From the NCBI GenBank assembly GCA_001600815.1, contig BCKZ01000013.1, positions 62,001 through 126,000 of the forward strand: DNA of 64,000 nucleotides, in the 5' to 3' direction. Numbering within the stretch: position 1 is the stretch's first letter; every line of letters starts with the position of its first letter. Shown piece after piece: positions 63,462 to 64,000 of this stretch. This DNA comes from Alloascoidea hylecoeti. Its lineage: Eukaryota. Below the pieces are notes generated by a model. That model saw only the letters and a program-made list of their open reading frames with translations, was not told the DNA's origin and ran no database searches. Made by a program: the position numbers and the translations under genes.

Positions 63462-64000
63462 CAAGTCAGCAATATCATTTTCCTTTCCAACTTTTAATTG
63501 TTCTTCTATTTCTTTACTTGAAATTTTTTTAAGTTGTGGTTTACTACTGGAGAAAATCTATAAAGTAAATAGTTCCATCAGAACTTTCTATAAAATTGTG
63601 TTTTATGTCACCGTGTATAATGTTATAGGAATGAAGAATCAGCAGATTTTCTTTTGCTTTTTGGAAGATACTAGGATCTGTCCGGTGTTTTGCCTTTGAT
63701 ATAGTCCATCAAAATGAAAATACCGCCATCGTTTTCTTGTGCACCAGAATCAGATTTGAATTCAATGAATCCAAAACAAATTAAGTTTGGAATAAAATGT
63801 ATAGACCTTTTATAATCTTTTATTAGACAATATGTTTGATATTTTCAGTTGCAAAATGTTGAAAACATTTTTTGGGCATCTGATTAGAACGTCGATAGCC
63901 CTTAAAAGCACAAAAAGGATCGTAGATTTTTAACATATATTCATTTTCATTTTCCATTGGTATTTGTACATTTTGATTTCTGTTTATTTTTTCAAATAAT
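63462..64000 (-). pseudogene. Atypical protein-kinase-like gene, frameshifted, 5' part outside window
   Basis: Minus strand: YMLKIYDP...FATE / FIPNLICFG...GIFILMDYIKG / LLILHSYNIIHGDIKHNFIESSDGTIYFIDF. Confidence 0.8.

Noticed and set aside
62584..63583. Direct repeats as LTRs of a TRIM-like element
   Set aside because: The repeats are kinase coding sequence, with no TG..CA ends, PBS or PPT

Overview
AT-rich eukaryotic nuclear DNA from a budding-yeast-like fungus. Many genes carry short spliceosomal introns (GTATGT/GTAAGT...CTAAY...AG), and CTG sits at conserved Leu positions in ALO1, SER2 and YOS1, which implies the standard code. Housekeeping genes supported: YFH7-like kinase (5' partial), RCK2/Srk1-like kinase, Mid2-like sensor, YKT6 (5 exons), PTP2/3-like phosphatase, YOS1 (4 exons), ALO1, an SDR, ERG13, thioredoxin, SER2, an RBM26/Rmn1-like protein and RRN7. 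The ORF track misses YKT6 and YOS1 entirely. The accessory signal is: (i) three versions of a Ufo1/Pof10-like F-box/WD40 locus, namely full-length with UIMs, an inverted copy lacking UIMs, and a 'ghost' with the CDS deleted; (ii) two decayed copies of an unidentified gene or element; (iii) a ~200-nt hairpin; (iv) an enoyl-reductase pseudogene; (v) an atypical kinase pseudogene at the right edge caught in a fold-back inverted duplication. No tRNA, rRNA, CRISPR or intact transposase/retroelement was recognised. All alignments were done by eye.
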